A stretch of 64,000 bases of DNA from contig OZ024743.1 in assembly GCA_964016885.1 (NCBI GenBank), positions 266,972,001-267,036,000 on the forward strand, given 5' to 3'. This DNA is from Eledone cirrhosa (Eukaryota). The notes under the pieces were generated by a model, which saw nothing but the letters and a program-made list of their open reading frames with translations, had not been told where the DNA came from and did not search any database. Shown one piece after another: positions 1 through 14,085 of the stretch (positions within the stretch are counted from its first letter, which is position 1; every line of letters starts with the position of its first letter). The translations under genes and the position numbers were made by a program.

Positions 1-1924
1 CGCATGATGCTGAACGGCTGCGACAGGTGACCGTTCACCCTAACAACTGAGCAGATGTCGCTGTACATTGCTGCGATCCAACGCCTGAAAACGGGCCCGA
101 AACCGGCTGCCTCGAGGACCGCCGCCAGGTACCGATGGTCGACCCTATCGAATGCTTTGGATTGATCCAAGTTGATCAGGGCCCCACCCTTGCCATGTTC
201 CTTAACCACCCTCTCTATGATGTATCGCATGAGGTGGAGGTTGTAGTGTATGGATCTGTCCGGGATGGCGCATGTCTGCGCCTCTCCCACCAGACCCTTG
301 ACGACAAGCGCCAACCTCGTTGCTAACACCTTGGCCAAAATCTTGAACTCTGCGGTTAGCAGAGTTATGGGCCTGAAATTATCAATAACATCCCCATTGT
401 TCGGGTCTTTTCTCTGCAGCGCCACTGCTCCCCGTCTCACAAAACTAGGAATGCTCCCGTTCTGCTGCCAGTTGCAGTAGACGTCTGCCAATAGGTCACC
501 GAACAAGTCTGGCATAAATGCATAAATCTCGTAGGGCAGACCATCTAAACCTGGCGATTTACCTCTTGTGCAGTTAGCCATCGCTTCCCGTATTTCACTG
601 GCTGTTATTGGCTTTTCGCAACACTGTGCTGCGGTCGTCGAGAGCCGAGGCAGTCCGTCGAGGTATGCACTGAAGTCCATGTCCGGATCCGGGCCGCCGC
701 CGCTCCAGAACAGTTCAGCAAAGTGCTGCTGAAAAGCTTCACACATCCGCTCGGGTTCGAGCATCACGCACCCGTTTTGGTCAGACAAAGACCGAATTGT
801 GGCTACATTGCCACGTCGCGCCTCTGCCACCCGGGCCCTTTGGACGGCTTTTGTCCCCCCGTGTTTCAGAGCACGCGCTCTAGCTCTGACAACGCAGCCT
901 TCGTGTTTTGCGTTGAAGAATTGGTCCAGTGCCAATCTCGCCGCAAGCACGTCGGTTGCGATGCCTGTCCTAAACGCCTCTTCTAGCTTTCTGACTAGCT
1001 CTCCCTCTACTCTATTTTCCTCTATCACTACTCCTTTGCTAAACCTAATCGACTCTACTTTAATTGCCCTTGTCAGGGCGAACCACCAGCTGTTGTTGAC
1101 GACCGCTCCCGTCAACGCCCGCTTAACTAGTACGCTAATCCGGTCTCTGTAGGCCTTGCGCGCCGGGAAAGAAGCGTTCAGCTTCCAGTAACCAGACCCG
1201 TGTCTATGAAGTCTGTCTATGTCGATCTCACAGATCACAAATTTGTGGTCTGTGTAGTCGACTATTTTAAATTGTGGACAACTTATACTAGCCTTATCTA
1301 GTTCCCTGCAGAATACCCTATCTATATACGATCTGGATGACCCGATGCGGTTTGTCCATGTCCACATTGGCACATAAGGGGGATCCAGTCGATACCTGTC
1401 AGACAGTTCAAAATGTCTGAGCAGGTTGGTGAGGCTCTTGTACCCTCCTCCCCTATCCACTAGCCCCACACGATCCCAGCGTGCATCCAAGATACCGTTC
1501 CAGTCGCCCACTAACAGTAAAGAGCGGGACGTTCCAAGAAAGGTCTTTAGACGTCTGAAGAAATCTGGCCGTCCTGCCCCTGTTGGGGCGTAGACGGCTA
1601 CTAGCCTGAAAGCATTGCCTTCGCTGCCGGTCACGTCCAGCACCACCGACTTACCTTCTGGGTCCAGGAAGATGCCCCGTATCGCGAGATCCAAGCCTCT
1701 CCGAATAATGACGGCAACCCCTCCCCCGATCCTGGACGGCTGGGAGATGCGTATACATCGTAGCCGCCGAAGATCGGGGCGAAGGCCCGTGCCTCGGAGA
1801 TTCTGGTTTCCCTGATGGCCACCACATCTATGTTTAGTGACCTGAGGTCATTGAGCAGGTGACCATGCTTCCAAGATGACCCCAGGCCACGTGCATTTAT
1901 ACTGCTTATTCTGAGTACAGCCAT
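1..1924 (-). pseudogene. Tx1 ORF2 (apurinic-like endonuclease + start of reverse transcriptase), disrupted
   Basis: Starts MAVLRISSINARGLGSSWK...DVVAIRET; colinear with intact ORF2 at 57776; frameshift near 1720. Confidence 0.88.
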
Positions 1925-1956
1925 GTTGGATGAGAAACGGAGCAAATGAGAAAGGG

Positions 1957-3903
1957 TCACTTACCTTGTTCGTGTGGTGAAGGGACAGTAGAACCGTCCC
2001 TTTCGCTGGTCATGGGTGTTTCCAAGAGGATGTCAGTGTATATCTTCTTGGTAACCGTCCCTCTGAAGTCTCCAACTGCGTTGGGGAATTTTTATTTTAA
2101 AGGTTTGTATTGTTCTATTGAGATTTCGATGATGCTTATGTTTGTCGGGAGAGTTCTTGGTGTTGGTGGGGTGTAGTCATTTTTTTCCGTGATGACTGTG
2201 TGCTGCTTTATATATTTTATGAGTTCTTTTTTTGCTATGTTTATGGCTGTGTACCCTTTGGGGGGAGGGGTTATTTTGTTGCCGTTTTCTTCTGTTTGTG
2301 GTGGTGTTGCTGCAAGCTTCCTTGCTGCCATTACCCCTCTATGTATGCCTTCGCTTTTGGAGGGTGAATCTAAGGTTTGTTTTGTTTTTTGTTTTTTTGG
2401 CAGACTGTTTGCCACGTCACTCCCGCCTCAAACTCCATGTCGGATTCTGTGGCGTCTGGTAGGGGTATGTGCTCCACGGCTGTTGGTGGTGGTAGTGGAG
2501 CCCTCTTCGGCAATGTTGTTGCTGGTGTAGCTATTTCAAATGTAGCTATCGGTGTTGCCGCTACTGATGATGCTGCTTTAGTTCTCCGTGGCCTTGGTAC
2601 GGGTGCTACGGACGTTGCCCTCCTACTCACCGTGGAAGGGGCTTCTTCGTTTGTTGCCTGTCCTGCTCTTGGTAGCAGCGGACCAGGTATTGGAAGAAGA
2701 GGGGCCCTCTTCGGTGTCTTCTGCGAGCAAAAGGCCCTGAGGTGACCTTTCGACCCACAGAGATAACATTTTGGCCGTCTTCTTTCTACACTTATAGGGA
2801 GTTGGAGTCCTTCCTCAAAGTCTATGATATCGGGGATAGCCTCGATACATTCCTGGTCAGTTTGTATAAGCATTTGCATGCCTATACATGACCAGTACTC
2901 TCTCCCTATTATTTCTACTTGCAGCATGGTCGCCCTGTTCTCAATTCCAGCAAGGACAGACGCAGCCAGCCAAGGTATGGGCACGTCGGGTGCGACCTGG
3001 GTCACTTTGACCCTCACAATTTTCTGCCCGCAGTAGGAGGGCACCAAGACTAACTCCTCACTCTTTAGGGTTTCCAAAGTGTGAGACTTTGCTTCCTGGG
3101 GGGTGGCGAAAAGTACGTCTACTGTGGCGTACTTTCTGCCTCGGGTGATGTGGGTTTTGCGTGCCCAGACGCACCTCAAGGCCTTTTGGATTTGAGCCTC
3201 GATGTGAGATTTTGCTTACGGTGCGGTAAGTCACCGTCCGTAGCTGCTGGTCCTTGAAAAAATCGGGTGGAGGTTTCAGGGAAACTCTATTTGCGCTTCT
3301 TGTCACCATGACCCTTGCGACTGCCATCTCCTCCTCTGTGACTAACACTGTCTCGATATTTCAGGCGACACCTGCAAAAGAAGTGGTCCCTCCTTTTTCA
3401 GCAGCACCACTATTGCTGCCGCTACTGGTCTTACTGGTGGTGCTGAGGTCGCTATTACAGGTATCGGTGTCATTGTTGTTCTTTTCGCTGGTACTGTTGT
3501 TGGTGTTGTTTTCGTTGATACTGTTGCTGCTGTTACTGTTATTGTGGCTGTTGTTATTATTGTTGTTTTTGTTGATACTGTTCCTACTATTATTGTTGTT
3601 GTGGCTGTTGATATTGTCATTGTTATTGTCGTTCTCGACCTTACCGCTGTTATTTTTGTTATTGTCGTTCTCGACCTTACCACCGTTATTTTTGGTGTTG
3701 TTGGTGATGTTGTTGGTGTTATTGTTGGTCTTGTTTGTGTTAGAAATATTTGTTAATTTTAAATCTGTAACAATCTTTTTTTCTTTTGTAATATTTTCAT
3801 TTATATTTACCTCCGCTGGAACGCTGTCTTGTTGACATGCTGATAAAGTCTCCCTCTCTCTGTGTTGTCTGACAGCGCTCTCTCTCTTTTTTGTGTTATC
3901 CAT
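1957..3903 (-). pseudogene. Tx1 ORF1 (gag-like, N/S-rich N-terminus, CCHC zinc knuckle), frameshifted
   Basis: ORF-track pieces 3361..3933, 3058..3348, 2370..3179, 2092..2415 align in order with ORF1 of copy 2 (55639-57740). Confidence 0.85.
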
Positions 3904-4123
3904 GTTGAAATTTTTCAAAAAGTATTTTTTCACAAATACGAATACGACACCCCGTAAAGGGTGTCATATTGTTTACCAGTGAACCCCTGTATTAGGTGGG
4001 TCACTTCTTCTAAACTTTTATCAAATTTAAAACTTGAATAAAAGGTTTAGAACAGTTGAAAAAGTGGTAAAATGTTGAAAAAGACTGGAGGCGATAAGAA
4101 GCGTGGCTTCACCAACCAATAGA

Positions 4124-4145
4124 AATAATAATAATAATAATAATG

Positions 4146-4218
<73 letters not shown>
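4124..4218 (+). repeat. (AAT)n microsatellite linker / target site
   Basis: Direct reading; separates the Tx1 5' end from a 5'-truncated R4-A copy. Confidence 0.98.
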
Positions 4219-6543
4219 GGCAGGGTGGATTGAGACAGTACAGAGGGAGATCGGTGAGCAGGCACAGCAACAGACTGATTTGAGTATCACAGTTGAAACT
4301 CTTAAGGGGCAAGCCAAAAAACTAACCAACTGGAAGTCACCAGGCCCAGATGGTGTGCAGGGGTATTGGATTAAACATTTAACATCCCTCCACACGAAGC
4401 TGACGGCCATGTTCAATGACTGCTTGGTGTCGGGTGAGGTGCCAGAGTGGTTGACAAAAGGTACCACAGTTCTGATAATGAAAGACCGAATCAAGGGTAA
4501 TGATGTTATCAACTATAGACCTATCACATGTCTGCCCGTAATGTGGAAACTGTTGACGAGCATTGTGTCTGAGGAAATCTACCATCACCTCCACACAAAC
4601 AACTTGTTGCCGGACGAACAGAAAGGATGCCGAAAGAAGTCACGTAGTACAAAGGACCAGTTGCTTATTGATAAGATGGTAATGGGGAATTGCAGGAGGA
4701 GACACACTGATCTTGCCATGGGATGGATAGACTACAGAAAGGCATTTGACATGGTGCCTCATTCCTGGATCACCAAAAGCCTGGAGATCTTCAGGGTGGC
4801 AGATAACATCAGACAGTTGCTGGGCAGGAGTATGGGGTCCTGGGAGACAGAGTTGACATCAACTGGAGTATCCTTGGGAAGCGTGAAGATCAAGAGAGGT
4901 ATCTTCCAGGGAGAGAGCCTGTCCCCTCTGTTGTTTGTCCTTGCCCTGATGCCCTTGACCATTATGCTGCGAAAAGTGAGAGCAGGATACAAGTTGGGAA
5001 GGGGAGAGCTTACCATCAATCACCTCCTCTTCATGGACGATCTTAAGCTCTTCGGGAAAAGTGAGAAGGAGTTGGATGTGCTTGTTGACACTGTCCGTAT
5101 TTTCAGCAGTGATATATGTATGCAGTTTGGTATTGGTAAATGTGGAGTCATTGTGATGAGGAGGGGTAGGTTGAGCAGAAGGAACGGGATCCAGATACCA
5201 ACAGGTGAGATGATAAAGGAAATTGACTCTGAGGAAGGATACAAGTATTTGGGCGTTCTGGAGGCTGATGGCATGAAGAACAAAAAAATGAAGGAATTGT
5301 TAAGAACTGAATACATTCGGAGAGTAAGGAGCGTATTGAAGTCACATCTGAACAGCAGAAATGCCATAAGCGCAGTAAATTCCCGAGCTGTGTCTATTAT
5401 TAGGTACAGTGCGGGAATTCTGAGATGGAATGTTGCTGAACAAAAAGAAATGGATAGGAAGACTAGGAAGCTATTGACTATCTACAACATGTTCCACAAG
5501 AGGAGTGATGTCGATAGACTCTACCTAAGGAGATCTGAGGGTGGAAGAGGTCTTATCAGCATAGAGGACTGTGTTCAGATAGAGAAAAACAACCTATACA
5601 AATACGTGACCTATAGTAAGGAGCCAATGCTCAGAGCTGTACTGAAGGAGGGGACAGTAGGCCAGGGGATATCCAAGGAGGAAATAACATCAAGGAGGAA
5701 GAGCAGCCTTAAGGGAAAATCCCTTCATAGTACCTTCTTTGAGAAAACTGAATTTAGAGATCCACAGACATGGAACTGGTTGAGAAGAGGAGACCTCAAA
5801 AAGGCTACAGAAGGAATGCTAATGGCTGCGCAGGAGCAGGCCCTCAAAACGAAGTGGTTGAAGCACCATATCTACAAGGAGGAGGCTAGCCCACTGTGCA
5901 GGATCTGTGGAGAGAGAGAGGAGACTGTGGCTCACATTGTGTCCGAGTGTAAACACCTAGCCCAGACCCACTATAAGGGCTGGAGACACGATGTGATGGG
6001 CAGGGTGATCCACTGGCACCTGTGCAAAGTAAACAATCTACCACATTCTGAGAAATGGTATGAGCATAGGCCAGAGGCGGTGATGGAGAACAGTCAGGTG
6101 AAGGTGCTGTGGGATTTTAGGATACAGACGGACAAAAAACTGGAACACAATAGACCTGACCTGGTGGTTGTGGACAAAGAAAAAAGATCGTGCCTGATTG
6201 TGGATGTGGCCTGCCCGTTCGACACGAGAGTGCAATAGAAGGAGAGGGAGAAAATTAACCGATACCAGGACCTAAAGTGGGAGGTGAAAAGGATTTGGAA
6301 CTGCCATGGAGTCAAAGTGATCCCGATTGTCATAGGCGCACTGGGGACTATCTCCAAAGGTTTCCAGGGATGGTTAAAGAAAATCGGCCCCTTCACGCTT
6401 TTTGGAACGCTTCAAAAGGCATGCTTGCTTGGAACGGCAAGAACCCTCCGATACGTCCTGAATATCTGAGGCTGCAGGTAGTGGCTTGATATTCAATCCA
6501 ACGGACTTTCCGGTTAACCAACATCAATGACTGAGATTCAAGG
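4219..6543 (+). mobile_element. R4/Dong-clade (RLE) non-LTR retrotransposon family A1, 5'-truncated; one premature stop at 6236-6238
   Basis: RT motifs ([31 protein letters not shown]), CCHC CRICGEREETVAHIVSEC, RHD, PD-D endonuclease (RPDLVVVD..IVDVACP); true stop 6469; AAT tail. Confidence 0.95.
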
Positions 6544-6574
6544 AATAACAATAACAATAATAATAATAATAATA

Positions 6575-7219
6575 ACTCCAACCGAATACCTAAACAGGCA
6601 TGACAGAGCTGCACAATACATACATTGGATAATGTGTAAGCATTTTGACCTGCCCCATCGAAATAATTGGTGGGAGCATCAACCACCACCCATACTTGAA
6701 AAAGATCACATCTCAATCTTGTGGAACTTTAGCATCCAAACTGACCGAAAAATAGATGCAAATAGACCTGATATAATATTGAAGGACTTTCAAAGGAGGG
6801 TATGCCTGCTAATTGATATGTCTGTTCCAATAGACAAGAATGTATCTATAAAAACATTTGAAAAATTGAGCAAGTATAAGGACCTGGAGATAGAATTTGG
6901 AAAAATGTGGAAATTGAGAACTAAAACAATACCAGTGGTTGTAGGCGCTCTGGGAATGATACCTAAGGGGTCTAACGACTACTTATCGCAAATCCCAGGA
7001 AACCCGCGTATAGGAGAAATACAAAAGATAGTACTAATGGTAAATGCCCATATACTAAGGAAGATCCTGTCAATATAAGTACATCACAAGTCTAAACACT
7101 AAGGATGCATGTGTGAATATGTATGTTCTTTCTTGAACATGGCGGACCTTGTTGTCTCTTGAGGTCACTGGTTGTGACTTGGTGATAACTCGTATGAACA
7201 TAAAGCAAGATAAATGCAA
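6575..7219 (+). mobile_element. R4/Dong family B, heavily 5'-truncated (endonuclease domain + 3' UTR)
   Basis: RHD..., NRPDIILKD..LIDMSVP..KYKDL; nearly identical to 9617-10259; flanked by AAT repeats. Confidence 0.92.
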
Positions 7220-7243
7220 ATAATAATAATAATAATAATAATA

Positions 7244-10200
7244 AAACATTATCATCACAAACAAACTAAACATTACTGATTTAAATCATCTCTATTATGC
7301 ATCGGCTAAAGTCACCAATCACTTATGTGGAGTGAAGATGAAAATAACAAAGGAATTCCCATGAGAAATCTACTTGGTAAGAGAACATCAATCGCCAAAT
7401 AAACCTTCTCCGATCTGACATAGAAATGTTAACAAACTATAAAGTAGGTGAACATGTTAAACAAACTAAACTTAGAAAATTGAAAAAAAAGTACAGTATA
7501 AAATCAACATGTGACATAGACATGCTGATAGAAATAATCAAGCAAAAAGTGTCGGCCAAAGCTGCTCGTATAAGGCGCTTTGAAAAACGATCTAGATTCT
7601 ATAAGGACAATAATATGTTCAAAAACAACCAAAGAAACTTCTACAGAAAAATTGGTAAGTCAACAATAACTGCTAAATCAATACCACCCAAGGAGGAAGT
7701 GCAAGAATTCTGGGAAAAGATCTGGGCCGAAGAAAAAGTTCATAACATACATGCCCCATGGATAGACAGACAAATGAAAGATACAGCTCACCTTGAGGAA
7801 CAAACATGGGAAAAAATATAACAGTTGAACAGTTGCGCTTGGCTCTAAGAAAAACCAGCAAATGGAAATCCCCAGGAAAAGACAAAATAAAAAAACTTTT
7901 GGATAAATGACATCACAGAGTCTTATGAGCTGTTAGCCCAACTTTACAATGAAATAGTTAAGGAGCCAGAAAAGATACCATCATGGCTAGTTAACGGCAT
8001 TACATTCCTGCTTCCGAAGAATGATGAGACAAACAATCCCAAAAATTACAGACCGATAACTTGCTTGACCAAAATGTATAAAATTTTAACATCAGTCCTA
8101 ACTGAATACACATATGACCACCTGATAACAAATGACCTATTTCCCATTGAGCAGAAAGGGTGTAAACGAGGCTCATATGGCTGTAAGGATCAGCTTCTGG
8201 TTAACAAAATGATACTGGAAGATTGTCATAATAGACACAAAAATCTATCGATTGCTTGGATAGATTATAAAAAAGCATTCGATAGTTTGCCACACAGTTG
8301 GATTGAAAAATGTTTAGAGATTTTCAAAATATCCCCCGTTGTCAGGAGGTTTTTGTCATTCAGTATGAAGACATGGAAAACGACACTCCTTTTGAATAGT
8401 GAAACAAAATCACTGGAAGCTGGAGAAGTTAATATTAATTGTGGAATTGTTCAGGGTGACTCTTTATCACCGCTTTTATTCTGCATCGCACTTATACCAT
8501 TAAGTAAAATGCTCAATGAAACAAAACATGGATATAAAGTCTATGACAAAACCATTAATCACCTGTTCTACATGGATGACCTGAAACTATTTGCAAAATA
8601 TGATGAACAATTGTAAGGGCTATTATCCACTGTGAAGCAGTTCAGTGATGACATTAAAATGGAGTTTGGACTAGATAAATGCGCCAAAGCAACGTTCACC
8701 AGAGGAAAGCTGCTGAAGAGTTCAGACATTAATCTTGATCGGGGGAACGTGATAAGAGAACTTGATCAAGAAAAAACTTACAAATATCTAGGTTTTTGTG
8801 AAGGAGACGGAATCAAGCACTCGACAATGAGGGAAAGGATAAGGAAGGAATGTTACCGGAGAGTAAGAGCAATCTTAAGAACGGAATTGAATGCAAGGAA
8901 TAGGATCGATGCCATAAACACGCTTGCCATACCAGTAGTAACCTGCAGTTATAATGTCATCAACTGGTCAAGCACAGAGATCCGTAGGCTCGATACAAAA
9001 ATCAGAAAATTCTTAACCATGCACAGAATGCATCACCCTAAGGCAGATATAGATAGAATATATCTCCCTAGGAAAGAAGGAGGACGTGGGTTAATCTAGT
9101 TAGACATTGCGTTGAAAACTGCAACAATTGGATTATCTACATATCTAAGGGAATCACATGATTGGATGATCAAACTCGTTTTGAAACACGAAAGCATCAA
9201 AAGATCATATTCCATTACAAAAGATGCACAAAGATACAGTAATGGACTACATATTTCAGAAGTCCCATTTACTGCTGAAATGGAAAACACAGAAAAAGCA
9301 AAGCAGGTAAACGTAACTGCAAAGAAAGAACTGCTACAGAAACTGGCTAAGAAATGGCAAGAAAAGCCTCTGTATGGAAAATACCCAGAGCGAGGTAACA
9401 ATCCTGATGTTGACAAAACTTTAACCCATCAGTGGTTGGCATCCTCTGGACTGAAATCGGAGACTGAAGGACTGATTATATCGGCACAAGATCAGTGTCT
9501 GCCAACAAAAAATTACCAAGCCAACATAATAAAAAATGGGTGCAGCCCATTATGCCGTGTATGCAAAAAACAACCAGAGACCATTGACCATATAATTTCA
9601 ATGTGCAGTCCTATAGCTCCAACCGAATACCTAAACAGGCATGACAGAGCTGCACAATACATACATTGGATAATGTGTAAGCATTTTGACCTGCCCCATC
9701 AAAATAATTGGTGGGAGCATCAACCACCTCCCATACTTGAAAAAAGATCACATCTCAATCTTGTGGAACTTTAGCATCCAAACTGACCGAAAAATAGATG
9801 CAAATAGACCTGATATAATATTGAAGGACTTTCAAAGGAGGGTATGCCTGCTAATTGATATGTCTGTTCCAATAGACAAGAATGTATCTATAAAAACATT
9901 TGAAAAATTGAGCAAGTATAAGTTCCTGGAGATAGAAATTGGAAAAATGTGAAAATTGAGAACTAAAACATACCAGTGGTTGTAGGCGCTCTGGGAATGA
10001 TACCTAAGGGGTCTAACGACTACTTATCGCAAATCCCAGGAAACCCGCGTATAGGAGAAATACAAAAGATAGTACTAATGGGAACTGCCCATATACTAAG
10101 GAAGATCCTGTCAATATAAGTACATCACAAGTCTAAACACTAAGGATGCATGTGTGAATATGTATGTTCTTTCTTGAACATGGCGGACCTTGTTGTCTCT

Positions 10201-10259
10201 TGAGGTCACTGGTTGTGACTTGGTGATAACTCGTATAAACATAAAGCAAGATAAATGCA
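7244..10259 (+). mobile_element. R4/Dong family B, 5'-truncated, multiple stops/frameshifts
   Basis: Pieces 7426..7821, 8065..8616 (YMDD), 8632..9099, 9112..9774 (CRVCKKQPETIDHIISMC), 9686..9952; (TAA)n tail 10259-10330. Confidence 0.94.
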
Positions 10260-10288
10260 AATAATAATAATAATAATAATAATGATAA

Positions 10289-10330
<42 letters not shown>

Positions 10331-10446
10331 GAAAATATTGATGTTGATGATTTACTTTACCACTCAGTACTCTCAAGACGACAAATACATCCAGGAATAT
10401 ACTGCAATCAATGTAAATGGACACATTACTACACACACACACACAC

Positions 10447-10448
<2 letters not shown>

Positions 10449-10526
<78 letters not shown>
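10449..10526. repeat. (TA)n microsatellite (one of many in 10.4-27.6 kb, e.g. 15163-15199, 16420-16458, 17165-17280, 25139-25228, 27336-27453)
   Basis: Direct reading. Confidence 0.97.
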
Positions 10527-10529
<3 letters not shown>

Positions 10530-12099
10530 TACACGGTTATCTTGGTGTTCGAACAGATATATTCTAATAATGACCACGCTGCTGTATTTTTCATGATTGT
10601 ATGTTGAGCTCTCCGCTAAGTGTAACAATGGTATATAGAAAAGAAATCGTTTTTATTCTTGCATGAATGGGGAAACGATTTATTGCACAAAAATAATACT
10701 CTGCTGAAAATTCTTTAAATATTTCATACAGGTATATTTAAGTTTAGTGCAATGGAAGACGTATTGTGATGTAACGTAGTATTTAAAGGCTTATGTTCCG
10801 TAATGATGTATGAGATAACCTTTGGGAACCAGATAACGTTATTTCTCTTTATTATCTTTCACTTTTCAACTTTGTAGTTCATTATGCTGTGGTATGAATT
10901 GATGTTGTCATTGATCAATATCGCTGGAATTCTTGATTAACCATTAGAATCGATTAGCAGTTAGTATTTCACCGTATAATACACATCAGCGAAACTTTGT
11001 CCCGATAATTGAGTTTCTTATAAAGATCTGCATTGCTCTAGAAGCAAAAATCTGAGCAGAATCTGAAAATACAATTGCAGATTGCATTTGGAGGCTAAAG
11101 AGATGCCGTCCTAAGGCACTTATTTTAGCGCTCGTTAGTGAAACAGTCTTTAGTGAGTTTGTCAATACTCATCAACGTGAATGTTCGGTACTATCATGCA
11201 TGGATGGTTAGAACCTCGAGGAAGATTCAGGGGAAGTAGGGGTGTCATACTGTAGGATATAGACAGCACATCAAGGATAATAGTTAAGCTTTGATGCTAA
11301 TAATGGTCAGTAAATTTCGTTAGCCTATAGTCATAATTATTTCGAACATTGTGGCCTGATCAATCAAGAGATACCTTGGAAATCTTGTACTACGTTCGAT
11401 AAAACCCCTTGGGCTTTCGGTAATAACAGAATTATGCTTCCATTCATTGATATATATGTATATATCTGTGTGTGTGAAGAGTGTGTCTGTGTGTGTGTGT
11501 GTGTGTTTGTGTGTGTTCAGTACAGTAGGCATCCATATTTGTAGTATATAGTGCCATCTATTTACTATGGATTTTCAGTTGAATTTTGAGATGATTTCGT
11601 ACAAAGCATGTGTCTAACATATTACTTCTTTTGTGATTTCTCACCTTTATCTCAAAGTTTCCCTTACTGTTTAATATATTTCACAAAAGAGTTCGACGTA
11701 TCACCATTAAGTCATATATTTACTTCCCTTCATATTCACACACGCATGAATATATATATATATATATATATTAGAAAGTGAGGTTTTTTTTACAAAATGA
11801 AAAATAACCGAGGTGTCCTACACGAGTGAAAGTATAAAGAAAAAAAGATGAAATCGAAAATGCAACTGGAGTCTTATTTAAAAAATATATATATATATTT
11901 ATTTGGTTCCTTTACCGGTTTCGCAGTTCTTCTGCTTTTCAAAAGTAGAATTGAGATGGAGGGTCTGTGGTGTTTCTTGCTTTGGACACAGTTTATCAGG
12001 GGCATATTACCCAATGTTTCTCTAATTGTATAAGATAATGTTTTATGATTTAGCGGCGAAGTGGATGCTATTTATATCTAATTCAACGGCTACATACGA

Positions 12100-12270
12100 G
12101 CTTCTGCTTTGGCTATGTTCAACGTGTAGCATCTTTAAGTATCAGTGTAATATCTGATGAAGTCCTTCTATGGGCTCATCGATATGAAACGAATACTTAG
12201 AACGAGGTGTAGATTTAAGGGATAGCTCAACATTTTCCACGAGATGATGTGGCATTGTTTCTACCACTCC
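12100..12270 (+). pseudogene. U2: Degenerate U2 snRNA pseudogene
   Basis: gcttctgctttggctatgttcaacgtgtagcatctttaagtatcagtgtaatatctgat is colinear with the U2 5' end (GCTTCTCGGCCTTTTGGCTAAGATCAAGTGTAGTATCTGTTCTTATCAGTTTAATATCTGAT); 3' part ...ccacgagatgatgtggcattg also resembles U2; Sm site degenerate. Confidence 0.75.
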
Positions 12271-14016
12271 TTTTCACAACCGGTGTAGGTTTAAATTTCG
12301 ATGAAATGTAGAGTGTGTAATATGCCTTTGTGAGCTGCCCGACTAAATTGTCCTGCACTAAAATGCATATTGTTGAATCATCGATCATGATGTTCACGAG
12401 AAAGATGTACGTCTGCTTATACTACATGGTTTTTAGAGCATACTGAATTGAGACATCATAACGATCTGAATTGAAATGCTAGTCGCTGAAATTTTAGATT
12501 ATCGAATAAACTTGATTCCCAAGGTTACAAAAAAAAAAAAAACAATAAATAAATAAAGGTAGATATCTAACTCCCAGCTCAATGTTTCTTTGTTTTATGT
12601 TTATTCATTTATATTTCCAACTCTACGACAGGAAAATAGAAATTATCTATCACATTTACTCGAGGCCATGCTACCGACGTTTGCTTAATGATCTGGGTAT
12701 AATATTTTGCTCCATGAGATCAATATTAACCCTGAAGTTCATTCATGTTCACTGTCACATTCAAATATCTTTCTGTTGATTTTATATATGCGTCTACATT
12801 ATTTCAATAAGAATATTGAGCTACAGATGGAATTACAATATATTATTTTACTGTTTTAAACTTCTAAATTTGCTTTCCTTTCCAAACCATTCCTTGTCGT
12901 TATTCTCATTGTTGTTGCTACTGCACTTGTTTTTCATATTATCTTTAGTTTGGAAGAAATAGAGAATTGAAAGAGAGATGATATGGGGTGATGTAAAGTA
13001 AGAAAGAGACAAGGTGAAATAAAGAAGGGAAGTAATAAATTTTAATGAAGAATAAAATAGAAGGAAGGGGCTGTTTTAACCTCTCTAACTATATTCTTTC
13101 AGTCTTAATTTTGTTTGATATGTTGTCATTTCAGCAAAACTATACTACTACTCCTATTCATCGGTCTAACATGTCTAGATGTAAATGGTGTCTAGTTTGA
13201 AATAACATATAATGTATCAGCCGAAAATCTTTATAGTGAAGAGCTACTTTCCCTTACAGAATTGGGGGTAGGTAAATAATCAAATTGTATCAAATATCGT
13301 GTTAATCATGAATGTAATAGTGTAAACAATAACGTTTAATTGATATAAGCAACTGCATAATAACATCATTCTCTCTTTTCTCATATAGTCATACACACAT
13401 ACTTACATACTCCACCATATATATATATCGGCATCTTTATATGTTAGTGTAAACGGAAGTCATATAGAATATGTTCAAATAAAATAAATGCTGCTCTTCA
13501 AATAATGGAATTATAATTTCTAGTCGAAGCATGAAATATAGAATATCTGAAGGTAATTAATTGTTAACTATCTCAAATATAATATATATATATTTCAAGA
13601 AAGTAAAGCTTAGTCTGTCAAAGTTAATTTACAAGTTTTGGCGAAATTTAATCTTTGTTTGCAAATATGATCTATAAACATATTTGCCGTGTTATACTCT
13701 ACTCAACACTGCTTGTTTCGTTGACAAAGATTTGGAAAATAAATCTGACTTAACCATCCTAAATTCAATATTCTGCCGCACATGTCCTGTTTTTATTTCT
13801 CTTATTTCTATATTTGTCCAGAAACACAAAATGTGGTAAGCAAGTAATTACCATTTATAAAGTTGTTGCTAACTTAACTTGCTGTTATTATGCTAATCTG
13901 TGTAGAACTGGCTAGAAATCTACAACCAAATAATGTATTTCATCATCCCGGAAAACATGGTAGGAAAATAGATGCAACCTAACAAAATAAAGATGTTTTA
14001 ATATGTATATATTTAT

Positions 14017-14085
14017 GGGGTCGATAAAATAAAGTACCAGTAATGCACTGGGTAATTCTGGCCTTGTGCCTAACGTAGAAACAAT
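14017..14085 (+). mobile_element. SINE 3' fragment
   Basis: ggtcgataaaataaagtaccagtaat..actgggtaatt..ccttgtgcctaacgtagaaacaatt; near-identical to 40359-40425. Confidence 0.7.

Larger units (their letters stand above)
1..4123 (-). mobile_element. Tx1/L1-clade non-LTR retrotransposon copy 1 (5' end present, runs off window start), frameshifted
   Basis: ORF1 pieces with CCHC knuckle (CYLCGSKGHLRAFC) followed by APE-RT ORF2 homologous to 57776-61195; 5' end abuts (AAT)n at 4124. Confidence 0.93.

Noticed and set aside
3254-3835. Leu-rich membrane-like ORF (also 55881-56426)
   Set aside because: Antisense of the Asn/Ser-rich low-complexity ORF1 N-terminus
4103-4218. Poly-Asn N-terminus fused to RT in the 711-aa ORF
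   Set aside because: It is the (AAT)n target read in frame with a 5'-truncated element from a GTG start; chance fusion
12100-12270. Idea that the Tx1 family is a U2-targeting Keno element
   Set aside because: No U2 sequence at any Tx1 junction; all junctions are TTA repeats
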